The translations under genes were made by a program, and so were the position numbers. From positions 992,001 through 1,056,000 of the forward strand of contig CAWFXA010000002.1 in the NCBI GenBank assembly GCA_963819655.1: a stretch of DNA of 64,000 nt, given 5' to 3'. The first letter of the stretch is position 1, and each line of letters begins with the position of its first letter. Below, piece by piece: positions 10,126 to 20,311 of this stretch. Source of the stretch: an uncultured Chloroflexia bacterium. GTDB taxonomy: Bacteria > Chloroflexota > Limnocylindria > Limnocylindrales > CSP1-4. The notes under the pieces were generated by a model. That model did no database searches, was not told the DNA's origin, and saw only the letters and a program-made list of their open reading frames with translations.

Positions 10126-11247
10126 GCTGGCTCGGCGATGACGCCTGGGATTTCGGGCGTTCGTTCACGAATTCGAAGCCGAACCGGCCCTTGATGCACA
10201 GGTGGCCGTCCGTGACGGACGAGTCGAGCGGCGATGTGACCTTCAGGATCCGGTCGTCCTGGACGTGCAGATCGACGGCACAGCCGACGCCGCAATACGG
10301 GCAGATCGTCGACGTGACCGTCTGGGCGGACTCGTCCCAGGTGCCGGCCTCGCGCATGTCGTATTCGGGCTTGGCCATCAACGCGCCGGTCGGGCACACG
10401 CCGATGCAATTGCCGCAGTACACGCAGGCCGATTCCGGGAGAGGGACGGCCTGCTCGGTCGAGATCCGGGCGTCGAACCCGCGACCCGCCACCGCGATCG
10501 CGAACGTGTTCTGGGCATCCTCGCCGCACGCCTCGACGCACTTGTAGCAGAGGATGCACTTCGCGTAGTCGCGCACGTAGAGGTCGTTGTCGATCTTCGT
10601 GGGCTGGGCGACGGTCGCGGCGAAGGCCGCCTCCTCGCCGGTCGGTGCGTGGTGGTGCCCGGCCTCGTGCATGTCGCGCTCGCCTGGTGCGGCGGGCGCC
10701 GCCGGCTCGCCGAACCGCCCCGGATCCGCTCCATAGCGGTTCATGTACGGCATGGATCGTGCCGTCGGGCGCGGCCGGGCCGGCGAGCGACACGTCGACC
10801 GACGAGCCGAGGAACTCCAGGACGACCTTGCGCGACGTGCCGGACGCGGTCCGAGTCGGTCTGGACCTCCATCCCCGGCTCGACCGGTCGCGAGCAGGCG
10901 GGCGCGAGGACGCGGGATCCCGTCACCTCGACGACGCACACCCGACAGACGTTGACCGGCGTGAGGTTGTCCGCGTAGCACAGCGTCGGCGTGTCGATCC
11001 CGAGGACGCGACACGCACCGAGGATCGTCGTCCCGGCGGGCACCGTCACCGGTCGTCCATCGATGGTCAGCTTGACGGCTGGTGGCGCCGCGACCGGTGG
11101 CGGCGCGGGCGGCTTGGACGGACGCGCCGGAGGGCTCAGGACGATGTCCGTGAGTGGCTGTGCCGCCGGCGCCTGGCCGGCATGCGGCGAGCTCGGGTCC
11201 GGCGCCGGGTCTCGTGACATCGACAGCCCGGTCGTGTCCTCGCTCAT
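10100..11247 (-). CDS. FDH iron-sulfur subunit: 2Fe-2S + Fer4 + Molybdop_Fe4S4 domains (frameshifts near 10835 and 10750)
   Basis: IDTPTLC...CRVCVVE...PAC, CILCYKCVEAC, CVYCGNCIGVCPTGAL and CPYCGVGC...LCIKGRFG, read across three consecutive frames. Confidence 0.85.
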
Positions 11248-13092
11248 AAGGCCACCAGATCCGGCTGTCGCAGCGCCAATTCGATGGCCGACGAGGCGGT
11301 CTGACCGAGCCCGCAGATCGACGCATCGCGCATGGCCTGCCCGACCTCACGCAACAGCGTCAGCTCCTCGTCGCGCGACCGGACGCGCGAGCCGGCGGCG
11401 AGGCGAGCCAGCAGCTCCTCCTGACGCACGCTGCCGACCCGGCACGGCACGCACTGGCCGCACGACTCGTCGCGGAAGAAACGGGCGATGCGCCGCAGCG
11501 TGTCGACGAGATCTACCGTTTCGTCGAAGACCATGATCACGCCGGAGCCGAGCGTGGCACCGGCCGCGCGCGTCGCCTCGAACGTCAGCGGCAGGTCGAG
11601 AGACGATGGCCCGACGAACACCCCGGCAGCACCGCCGAGCAGGATCGCGCGGATGCCGCGTCCGCCCGGTACGCCCCCCGCCATCGCGATCAAGTCACCC
11701 AGCGTAGCGCCGAACTCGACCTCATAGACCCCGGGGCGCGCGACATGCCCCGACAGGCAGAACAGCCGCGGGCCGCTCGAGCCATCCGTGCCGATCGCCG
11801 CGTACGCCTCACCGCCCATCCCGATGATCAGGGGGACGTTGACCAGGGTCTCGACGTTGTTCACCACGGTCGGCTTCCCGAACAGCCCGACCTCGACCGG
11901 GAACGGCGGCTTGTTGCGCGGCTCGCCGCGCTTGCCCTCGATCGATTCGAAGAGCGCCGTCTCCTCGCCGCAGATGTAGGCGCCGGCGCCGCGGCGCACC
12001 TCGATATCGAACGCGAAACCCGCGCCCAGGATGTCCGGCCCGAGCAGGCTCGCGGCCCGTGCCGCACCGATCGCGCCACGGATCGCGGCCTCGGCTTCCG
12101 GGTACTCGCCGCGGATGTACAGGTAGCCCTTGGTCGCACCTGTGGCGAGAGCGCCGATCGTCATCGCCTCGACCACGGCGAAGGGATCGCCTTCGAGCAG
12201 CACGCGGTCCTTGAACGTGCCTGGCTCCGACTCGTCGGCGTTGCACACGAAGTAATGGGGCTGCGCGGCCTGCGACGCGACGGCCGCCCACTTGCGACCC
12301 GTCGGGAACGCGGCACCACCGCGGCCCATCAGCTTCGACGCCGTGACCTCGGCGATGACCGCCTCGCCGCCCATCGCGATCGCCTTCGACAAAGCCTCGT
12401 AGCCGCCGTGCGCGCGGTAGTCGTCGAGTGACGCTGGGTCGACCAGGCCGACCCGCCGGAGCAGCCGCAGCGACGGATCGCCGGTCTGAGGGATGGGTGG
12501 TGCGCTTGCGAGTGGCCGCCGCACCGTCGAGACGCGCGACGATCCCCACCGCGTCGATCGGGGCAGCGCTCGTCACGGTCGGGCGCTCGCCTGCCGTCGT
12601 GATCATGGCCGCCGGCGCGAGGTCGCACAGCCCAAGACAGGGCGAACGGTGCCAGCCGACCCGACCGTCGCGCGCCGCCGCCCCCTCCGGACCGACCGAC
12701 CGGGCGAGGTCGTCACAGATCCCCTCCGCCCCGGCGAGCCGGCACGCGATGTCGTCGCAGACGTGGGCCACGATCGGCGGTCGCGGGGTTGTCGCATAGA
12801 GGGCGTAGAACGTGGCCACGCCGTACGCCTCCGCAGGCGCGACCGCCAGGCGCCGCGAGATGTAGTTGAGGGCGGGTTGGCTGATCCAGCCGATCCGGTC
12901 CTGGACCGCGTGGAGCGCCGGGAGCAGCTCAGATCGACGCGCCCGCGTCGCGTGGCCGCCCCGCGCGGAATGCCCCTCGACGCCCGGTCGCCGCTGACCT
13001 CCCGTCCAACCCGATTCGGGCGGACCCAGCACGCCATCCACGGCCGCACGCTCGGCCGGGGAAGCCAGCGGCCCGATGACGTGCAGATCCAT
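11244..13092 (-). CDS. NuoE-NuoF fusion (NAD(H)-binding diaphorase subunit of FDH; frameshift near 12500)
   Basis: NuoE part: GVATFY, CDDIAC, CLGLC. NuoF part: GRGGAAFPTG, CNADESEPGTFKDR, GAGAYICGEETAL, ESCGQCVPCRVG, SICGLG. Confidence 0.88.
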
Positions 13093-13142
13093 CGCATCCG
13101 AGTGTAGCCGCGGGGCGACGACGCGGGCGTACGATGCACGCC

Positions 13143-13719
13143 ATGCCGCAACGCCGCTGGGTCCAGTTCAGCCTCGACTGGCTGGAGTGGTCGCAGCGCA
13201 ATCTCCTCGCAGCCGTCCGAGCCACCGATCCGGCCAACCTCCACCGGCGGCCGGGGCCGCGGGCACCGTCGATCGCGTTCCACGCCTGGCACATGGCGCG
13301 CTGGGCCGATCGATACCAGGCCACGCTGCCGACCTCCCTCGCCGTCAACCGACATCGATGGAGCCCGCGAGATCTGGATCCGAGACGACGTCGTCGGGAC
13401 TTGGGGCCTCCGCGACATCAGCCTGGGTGACTTCGGCGGTACTGGTGCGGGCCTCGACGACGAAGCGTCGGCGGCGCTTCCGCTCCCAGACGCCCCGGCC
13501 TTGCTCGACTACATGACCGCAACGTTCGGTGCCTTTGAGGATCGCGTTCGAGCCATCGACGACGACGCCGTCCTCGACATCGTCTATGTCGACCTGTATG
13601 GCGACGAGACCACCATCGCCGATTCCATCGCGAATGCCACCTCGCATGCGGACCGCCACCTCGGCATGATCGAGGCGCTCCGTGGTGTGCTCGGCGACCG
13701 CGGGACGGTGACGGTCTAG
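13143..13719 (+). CDS. DinB-family protein (frameshift near 13350)
   Basis: SIAFHAWHMARWAD in one frame and HADRHLGMIEALRG in the next. TACGAT lies 7 nt before ATG 13143. Confidence 0.7.
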
Positions 13720-13843
13720 GCAGCCGGCGGCCGCCGTCCAAGAGCTGCTCGACCTGCTGTTGACGAACCCGGGCCCGCCGGAGCGCTACTCGAAGTCGCG
13801 ACGCGCGTACGCCGACGATCTCGTCCGTCCCGCCGACGGCGAC

Positions 13844-14680
13844 TCAGACGTGTAGGACGCGGACGTCCAGCGGCTCCACTCGACCGCGGAGGGTGAGCGT
13901 CCGGAGCTCGAGACTCTCATCCAATGCGGCCGCCGCCGCCGACGCGGAGCTCACGAGGATCTCGCCAGGGCCTGCCGCAGAGGCGAGCCGAGCGGTGACA
14001 TTGACGCTGTCCCCGAGGGCGGTGAAGTCGACGACCGTATCGCCGATCGTGCCCACGTAGGCGAGTCCCGTGTGGACCCCGGCTCCCACCGGGATCCACG
14101 GACCGCCATCGCTCCCGTGGCCGGTTGCCCGTAACAGATCCCGGGCAGCCTCGATCGCGTCGGCCGCGTGGTCGTGTCCGGCCAGGACGGGCAGGAACAG
14201 CCCGACCACCTCGTCGCCGACGAACTTGTCGATGATGCCGTCGCGCGCCACAAGGGTGCTCGTGGCCTCCTTGTAAAACCGGCCGAGGAGGCTCTGGAAG
14301 GCGCCCGGTCCCATCTTCTCCGCGAGGCCGGTCGACCCACGCACGTCGGCGAAGAGCATGCTCAGCTCGATCTCGGCGCCGCCGCGTGCCTTCTCCAGCT
14401 GCTTGAAGCAAAGGCCGCAGATCGAAGGATTCTTGTCCCACCGGCCGCGGTCGATCATCCGCATGAATGGTGCCGCGGGCCCGGCAAAGGGAGCCGCGCA
14501 CATCTTGCAGCGGGGTGAGCTCGGGAGCACCCGGAAGAAGCCACGCCCCGCGGCGAACCCCGAATCGGGGTCGTTCAGCATCCTCTCCCACATCGGGTCG
14601 GAGACGAAGGCAGCGGCCCCCCCGTCCGCAGTTTCTGTGGGCGCGTCGTCCACGACGTCCTGAGCGTGCGGATCAGTCAT
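13844..14680 (-). CDS. Class III adenylate/guanylate cyclase with N-terminal CxxC...CxxC domain
   Basis: LFADVRGST, DKFVGDEV and DFTALGDSVNVTARL; N-terminal CKMC...CGLC. Confidence 0.9.
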   Translation of the reverse strand: MTDPHAQDVVDDAPTETADGGAAAFVSDPMWERMLNDPDSGFAAGRGFFRVLPSSPRCKMCAAPFAGPAAPFMRMIDRGRWDKNPSICGLCFKQLEKARGGAEIELSMLFADVRGSTGLAEKMGPGAFQSLLGRFYKEATSTLVARDGIIDKFVGDEVVGLFLPVLAGHDHAADAIEAARDLLRATGHGSDGGPWIPVGAGVHTGLAYVGTIGDTVVDFTALGDSVNVTARLASAAGPGEILVSSASAAAAALDESLELRTLTLRGRVEPLDVRVLHV

Positions 14681-15039
14681 CGGGTCCCTCGACGTTCACG
14701 ACTGTCACGCCCGACCCGACACGGAAGCCGACGATGACCTGGTCCTCGTCCGACGGGTTGCTTTTCCTGTGCACGGTCTCGGGCGGGACGATGAAGAGTC
14801 ACGGGGCCGGCCTCGACGACCGTGGTGCCCTGCGGTCCGCTCTCGAGCCGGAGGCGACCTGCGATGACGTAGCCATATGTCGCGTGCCCGCCATGGTGGT
14901 GCCATCCCGATACGAGTCATGGTTGCGTCGTGACCGCGATGATACGTGCGTCGCCGATGACCGCCTCCCGTCGCTCCATCCCTGGCGTCGGCACGTTCTC
15001 GACGGGCGCATCCGCGGTCACGATCCGGATCTCGGGCAT
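14673..15039 (-). pseudogene. Cupin-domain gene with in-frame TGA (14917-19) and a frameshift near 14795
   Basis: Hand translation: MPEIRIVT...TTQP*LVSGWHHHGGHATYGYV...VEAGP, then in a shifted frame FIVPPETVHRKSNP...VNVEGPDD*. Not in the ORF track. Confidence 0.7.
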
Positions 15040-15040
15040 G

Positions 15041-16954
15041 TCAGGCGGGCACGGCCTCCCCGAGCTTCTCGATGCGGATCGCGGTGGCCTTGAACTCCGC
15101 GGTGCCCGACTTCGGGTCGGTCGCGTCGATGGTCAGCAGGTTCGTCGCGACGTCATCCTGGAAATGGAGCGTCATGAACGTGAGCCCCGGGCGCAGCGAC
15201 GGGTCGATCCGGACCGGGACATCGACCTGGCCGCGACGCGACACGGCACGCACGCGTTCGCCGTCGACCAGCCCGTACGTCTCGGCGTCTTCGGGTGAGA
15301 TGTCGAGCGATTCGCCGCGCCGAAGTGGGGACGTGTAGCCGGCGGTCTGCACCCCGGTGTTGTACGAGTCGAGCCGGCGCCCGGTCGTCAGGCGGATCGG
15401 GTATTCGTCGGTGAGCTTGTCGACCGGGGGGTCGTGATCGACCGGCACGAACGGGACCCGATTGCCCGGCACCGGGTCCTCCCACAGCCGGCTGTGGAGG
15501 AACAGCTCGCCCGGATGGGTCTCGTCGTAGCACGGCCACTGGAGGCCGCCCAGCTCCTCGAGCCGTCGGTAGGTCATGCCGGCGTGCACGGGCGACAACG
15601 CGCGGACCTCGTCCCAGACGCGCTCGGCGACGGCCTCGCCCCAGTCGGCACCCATCCGGTTCGCCAGCTCGAAGATGATGGCCAGGTCGTCGCGCGCTCC
15701 CTCGGGCGGTGCCACGGCCGCGCGCACGCGCTGGACGCGTCGCTCGGAGTTCGTGACGGTCCCCTCGGCCTCGGCCCAGGCCGCCGATGCCGGCAGCACC
15801 ACGTCGGCGATCTCGGCAGTCCGCGTCAGGAACAGGTCTTGCACGACGAGCATGTCGAGCCCTTCGAGGAGCCTGATCGCGCGATGCTGGTCGGCCTCGG
15901 ATTGCACCGGGTTCTCGCCGATGCAGTACACGGCGGTCAGGTCGCCCCGCTCCATCGCATCGAACATGCCCGACAGGTGCCAGCCGCGCTGCGGCGGGAT
16001 CGTCACGCCCCACGCGGCTTCGAACTTGGCGCGGAGCTCGTCGTTCTCGACGTGCTGGAAGCCCGGGAGTCGATCGGGCAGCGCGCCCATGTCGCCGCCG
16101 CCCTGGACGTTGTTCTGGCCACGAAGCGGGTTGACGCCGCTCCCGTATCTGCCGACGTGCCCCGTCAGCAGCACCAGCGAGATCAGTGCGAGCACGTTGT
16201 CGACCGCGTTGTGGTGTTCGGTGATCCCGAGCGTCCAGCAGATCATCGCCCGTGGCGCCGTCGCCAGCGCGTGGGCCAGCTCGCGGATCGCCTCGGCCGG
16301 GACGCCGGTCTCGCGCTCGGCGTATTCGAGCGTGTACGACTCGACCTTGGCCTTGTAGGCGTCGAAGTCGACGGTCGCCCGCTCGATGAACGCGCGGTTC
16401 TCGAGACCCGAGGCGATGATCTCGCGTGCGACGGCGTTTGCCAGTGCGATGTCGCTGCCGACGTCGAGGCCGAGCCACGAATCGGCCCACTCCGCGCTCG
16501 ACGTCCGGCGCGGGTCGACCGCGTATAGCCGAGCGCCTTTGTGCACGGCCTTGAGGACGTGATGGAAGAAGATCGGATGCGTCTCCCGGGCATTGCTGCC
16601 CCAGAGGACGATCAGATCGGTGTCCTCGGCCTCACGGTATGAACTCGTGCCGCCACCGGCACCGAACACGGTCGCCAGACCGGCGACGCTTGGGGCGTGT
16701 CAGGTGCGGTTGCAGCTATCGATGTTGTTGCTGCCCAGGACCACCCGGCTGAACTTCTGGGCCGCGAAGTTGACCTCGTTGGTCGCCTTGCTGCAGCTGA
16801 AGGTGCCGAACGTCGTCGGGCCGTGGGCCGCCTTCGCGGCCGTGAACCCGGCGACCACGCGGTCGAGCGCTTCGTCCCAGGTCGCTGGTCGAAGCTCGCC
16901 ACCCTTCGCGTCGCGGATGAGGGGCTGGGTCAGTCGGACATAGGGTCGCGCCAC
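15041..16954 (-). CDS. fdhF: Selenocysteine-containing formate dehydrogenase alpha subunit (Mo/W-bisPGD, FdhF-like)
   Basis: GTG start after GGAGG. NNIDSCNRT-TGA(16700-02)-HAPSVAGL parallels E. coli FdhF CARV-U-HGPSVAGL. LRGQNNVQG and EFKATAIRIEK follow in the same frame. Confidence 0.93.
16671..16702 (-). promoter_or_regulatory. UGA codon plus bacterial SECIS element
   Basis: UGA-CACGCCCCAAGC-GUCGCC-GGUCU-GGCGAC hairpin, with G23/U24 at the same offsets as in the E. coli fdhF SECIS. Confidence 0.88.
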
Positions 16955-17049
16955 TCGGGGCCCTCCTGCGGAAGACGACCGCCCGAGTGTACCCCTTGAC
17001 GACGGGCCCTTCGGACGGCACCCTCCGCATCGTTCATGCGAGGGGACAC

Positions 17050-17631
17050 ATGACGACCGACGCCGTAACAGCCGATCTGCACGAGCCGCCACCGCTCTTC
17101 TGCTACCGCCACCCGGACCGCGAGACGTGGGTCCGCTGCGGTCGCTGCGACCAGCCGATCTGCACGCGCTGTGCGATGCAGGGCCCCGTCGGTTTGCGCT
17201 GCAGGACGTGCGGGAAGCCCTCTCGGGATGCCCTCACGTCTCTCAAGCCCGATCAGATCGCCATCGCCCTCGCCGTCGCCACGGGACTCGGCGCCGCCGT
17301 CGGCTACTTCGGGGCACAGTTCGGGTTCTTGATGATCGTCATCGGCTTCTTCGCTGGGACCTTGATCGCGGAGGCGCTGGATCGGACGATCGGAATCAAG
17401 CGTGGGCCGCAGATCATCACGATCGCTGTTGCCGGGGTCGTGGTTGGTAGCCTTGTCGGCGCCGGGTTCTCGCTCATCGGCACGTGGCGTGAATTCCAGG
17501 CGTTCGCCTCGAGCGCCGAGGCCAGCGGCATGCCGGTCTACACGCTCGATGCCTTCCTGTTCGACAACGTCCCCGCAGTCCTGATCGCCCTCATCGCCAC
17601 GATCGCGGGGGTGTACGCCCGACTTCGGTAG
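17050..17631 (+). CDS. Membrane protein with N-terminal B-box-like zinc finger
   Basis: CYRHPDRETWVRCGRCDQPICTRC...CRTC followed by about 4 TM segments; GAGGGG RBS. Confidence 0.75.
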   Translation: MTTDAVTADLHEPPPLFCYRHPDRETWVRCGRCDQPICTRCAMQGPVGLRCRTCGKPSRDALTSLKPDQIAIALAVATGLGAAVGYFGAQFGFLMIVIGFFAGTLIAEALDRTIGIKRGPQIITIAVAGVVVGSLVGAGFSLIGTWREFQAFASSAEASGMPVYTLDAFLFDNVPAVLIALIATIAGVYARLR

Positions 17632-17666
17632 GTCGCACGGGCAGCGCGCCGCGCCGCGTACTTGAG

Positions 17667-17710
17667 AGCGACATTTGTCGCTGTGGGCGACATTGTCGCT
17701 GTGAGCGACA
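17667..17710. repeat. Tandem palindromic GCGACA/TGTCGC units
   Basis: AGCGACATTTGTCGCT-GTG-GGCGACATTGTCGCT-GTG-AGCGACA between convergent genes. Confidence 0.6.
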
Positions 17711-17719
17711 CGATCGCGA

Positions 17720-18770
17720 TCAGATGAGCGAGATCCCCGACCCAGCCTCCACGCGACCGATCAACCAGTGGTCGACCGCGGCCGCACGGAGCTGTTCCGA
17801 CACCCGCCCGACGTCCTCCTCGGGGACCGCCGCCAGCAACCCGCCGCTCGTCTGGGGGTCGTGGGCGAGGGTCACGAGCTCGGCGGACACCGCGCCGCCA
17901 ACCTCGAGATCGCCGGCGACGAAACGCCGGTTGTGCGCGGCACCGCCGGTCTCGACGCCGGCTCGCGCCAGGTCGAGGGCACCCGACAGCGCCGGCAGTC
18001 CGGCGGCATCGAAGACCAGCCGCACGCCCGAGGCGCGGGCCATCTCCAGGCCATGGCCGAGGAGGCCGAAACCGGTCACGTCGGTCGCGGCCATCACGCC
18101 GTTGGCCACGAGCACCTCGGACGGGGCTCGGTTGAGGGTGCGCATCCCCTCGATCGCTTCAGCCAGGTCGGCCGGAGTCGGTCCGCCCCTGGCGCGCGCC
18201 GCTGACCAACAGACCCGTCCCGAGTCGCTTGGTCAGGATCAGAGCGTCGCCGGGTCGTGCCCCGCCTTTGCGCAAGAGCCGGTCGGGTTGGGCCGCGCCG
18301 ATGACCGCGAGTCCGTACTTCGGCTCGGGGTCACGGATCGTGTGCCCGCCGGCGAGCGTGCCACCCGCCTCGCGGACCTTGTCGGACGCCCCGCCGAAGA
18401 CCTCCGCCATGATGTCGCGCGGCAGTTCGTCGGGGAATGCCGCGATCGACAGCGCGAAGAGGACGCGGCCACCCATCGCGAAGACGTCGCTCACGGCGTT
18501 CGCGGCCGCGATCTCGCCGAACGTCCGGGCGTCGTCGACCAGGGGCGGGAAGAAGTCGAGCGTGCCGATGATCGCGAGATCGTCGCTGATCCTGTACGCG
18601 GCGGCGTCGTCCGGCGGGTTGAGACCCGCGATCAGCTCGTCCGGCGCTGCCTCGGCGCCCAACCCGGCGAGCGCATCCGACAGCAGGTCGGCGCCGAGCT
18701 TCGCGGCGCAACCGCCACAATCGGTCAGCGTCGTGAGGCGCAGGGCCGGGATGTCGGACAGGGTCGTCAC
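17720..18770 (-). CDS. selD: Selenide, water dikinase (Cys form; frameshift near 18170)
   Basis: CGGCAAK, DDAAAY, LDFFPP, ANAVSDVFAMGG, GGHTI, ATDVTGFGLLGH and DPQTSGGLL. Confidence 0.93.
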
Positions 18771-18834
18771 CGGTCGATGATAGGTGTGCTCGGCTGTCGG
18801 GTCCCTGTTTCGCGGCCACGATTACCATCGTGTC

Positions 18835-18931
18835 GGGAGCGGTCGGGCCCCGGTGGGTCCCCCGGTCTTCAAAACCGGTGACGCCGCGCTCGGCGTGGCG
18901 TGGTGGGTTCGACTCCCACGCGTTCCCGCCA
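18835..18931 (+). tRNA. selC: tRNA-Sec (anticodon UCA)
   Basis: Acceptor GGGAGCG/CGTTCCC, 6-bp D stem with CGGT loop, CCGGT-CTTCAAA-ACCGG anticodon arm, 9-bp variable stem, GTGGG-TTCGACT-CCCAC T arm, G discriminator, encoded CCA. Confidence 0.96.
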
Positions 18932-18941
18932 TGGAGGATCG

Positions 18942-20311
18942 ATGTCGTCGAAGCCGGTCGTCCACCCGCGCCCGCCCAGCGTCGACCACCTTCTCAGCCT
19001 GCGGTCCGGCGTCCGTCGAGGGTTTCGAGCGCGAGCACGAGATCGTCGCGGGCGCCGCGCGAGCGTCATCGCGGACGAGCGTGCGCAATCGCGGATGGTC
19101 ACGACGCCAGGCTGGTTCGCGATGCTGCGTCGACGATGTCCTCACCATGCTGGACGCGCACATCCCACCCGAGGTCGCACGAGGTCATCAACGCGACCGG
19201 TGTGATCATCCACACGAATCTCGGCCGGGCGACCTGGCCCGAGATCGCCCGTGTGGTGGTCGGCGGCACGCAGGACTACCTCATGCTCGAGCTGGACCGT
19301 GAGACCGGCCGTCGGGGGCCTCGGGGCCGACGCGCCGAGGAGCACCTCGTCGCGCTGACCGGCGCGGAGGACGCGCTGGTCACCAACAACAACGCGGCTG
19401 CCCTGGCCCTGGCGGTCGGCCTCGTGGGGCGGGGCGGCGCGATCGCGGTCTCGCGCGGCGAGCTGGTCGAGATCGGGGGCGGAGTCAGGATCCCGGATGT
19501 CATCCGCCGCGCGGGCGCGAAGCTGGTCGAGGTGGGGACGACGAATCGCACGCGAGCCGCGGACTTCGAGGCACCGCTGGCGGAGGGCCGCGTCCGCGCG
19601 ATCCTGCGCGTCCATCCGTCGAACTTCACGATCGCCGGCTTCACCGAGGAGCCCGATGCTGGCGCGGTGGCCGACATGGCCCACCGACACGGGGCGATCG
19701 TCATCGATGACCTCGGATCGGGCGCCTTGTTGCCGACCGAGCAATTCGGTCTCCCCCACGAGCCGATGCCGAACGAGCGCCTCGCGGCGGGCTCCGATGT
19801 CGTCACGTTCAGCGGCGACAAGCTGGTCGGCGGACCGCAAGCGGGACTCATCGTTGGCCGAGCCGACCTGGTGGCGCGGATGCGGCGCGACCCACTCGCC
19901 CGGGCGATGCGGCCCGACAAGGCGACACTCCTCGGAGTGGCCGCCACCCTGGGCCTGTATCGCGCCGGCCTGGCCACGACCCACATCCCGGTCTGGCAGG
20001 GGATCGCGGTGTCGGTCGACGACCTTCGCGCACGGGCGGCTGAGATTGCGCTGCCTCTGGGCGAGTCGGTCCGAGTCGTCGAGCTCAGCTCGACGGTCGG
20101 CGGTGGGTCGCTGCCCGGCGAGACCCTGCCGTCGGCAGGGCTGGAGCTGACCGGCGGGTCGGCGAGCAAGCAACTCGCGGCGCTTCGCCACGGGACGCCG
20201 GCCGTCATCGGGCGGATCGAGAACGACCGTGTCGTGCTCGACTTGCGGACGGTGTCGCCGGCGACCGACGGCGAGCTCGCTCTCGCGCTCGACCGCGTGC
20301 TGGCCCGATGA
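18942..20311 (+). CDS. selA: L-seryl-tRNA(Sec) selenium transferase (several frameshifts in the first ~250 nt)
   Basis: RPPSVDHLL N-terminus after GGAGG; VINATGVIIHTNLGRA, SRGELVEIGG, EVGTTNRT and FSGDKLVGGPQAG. Confidence 0.92.

Noticed and set aside
18700-18770. Selenocysteine in SelD
   Set aside because: The active-site region reads CGGCAAK with Cys codons and no TGA.
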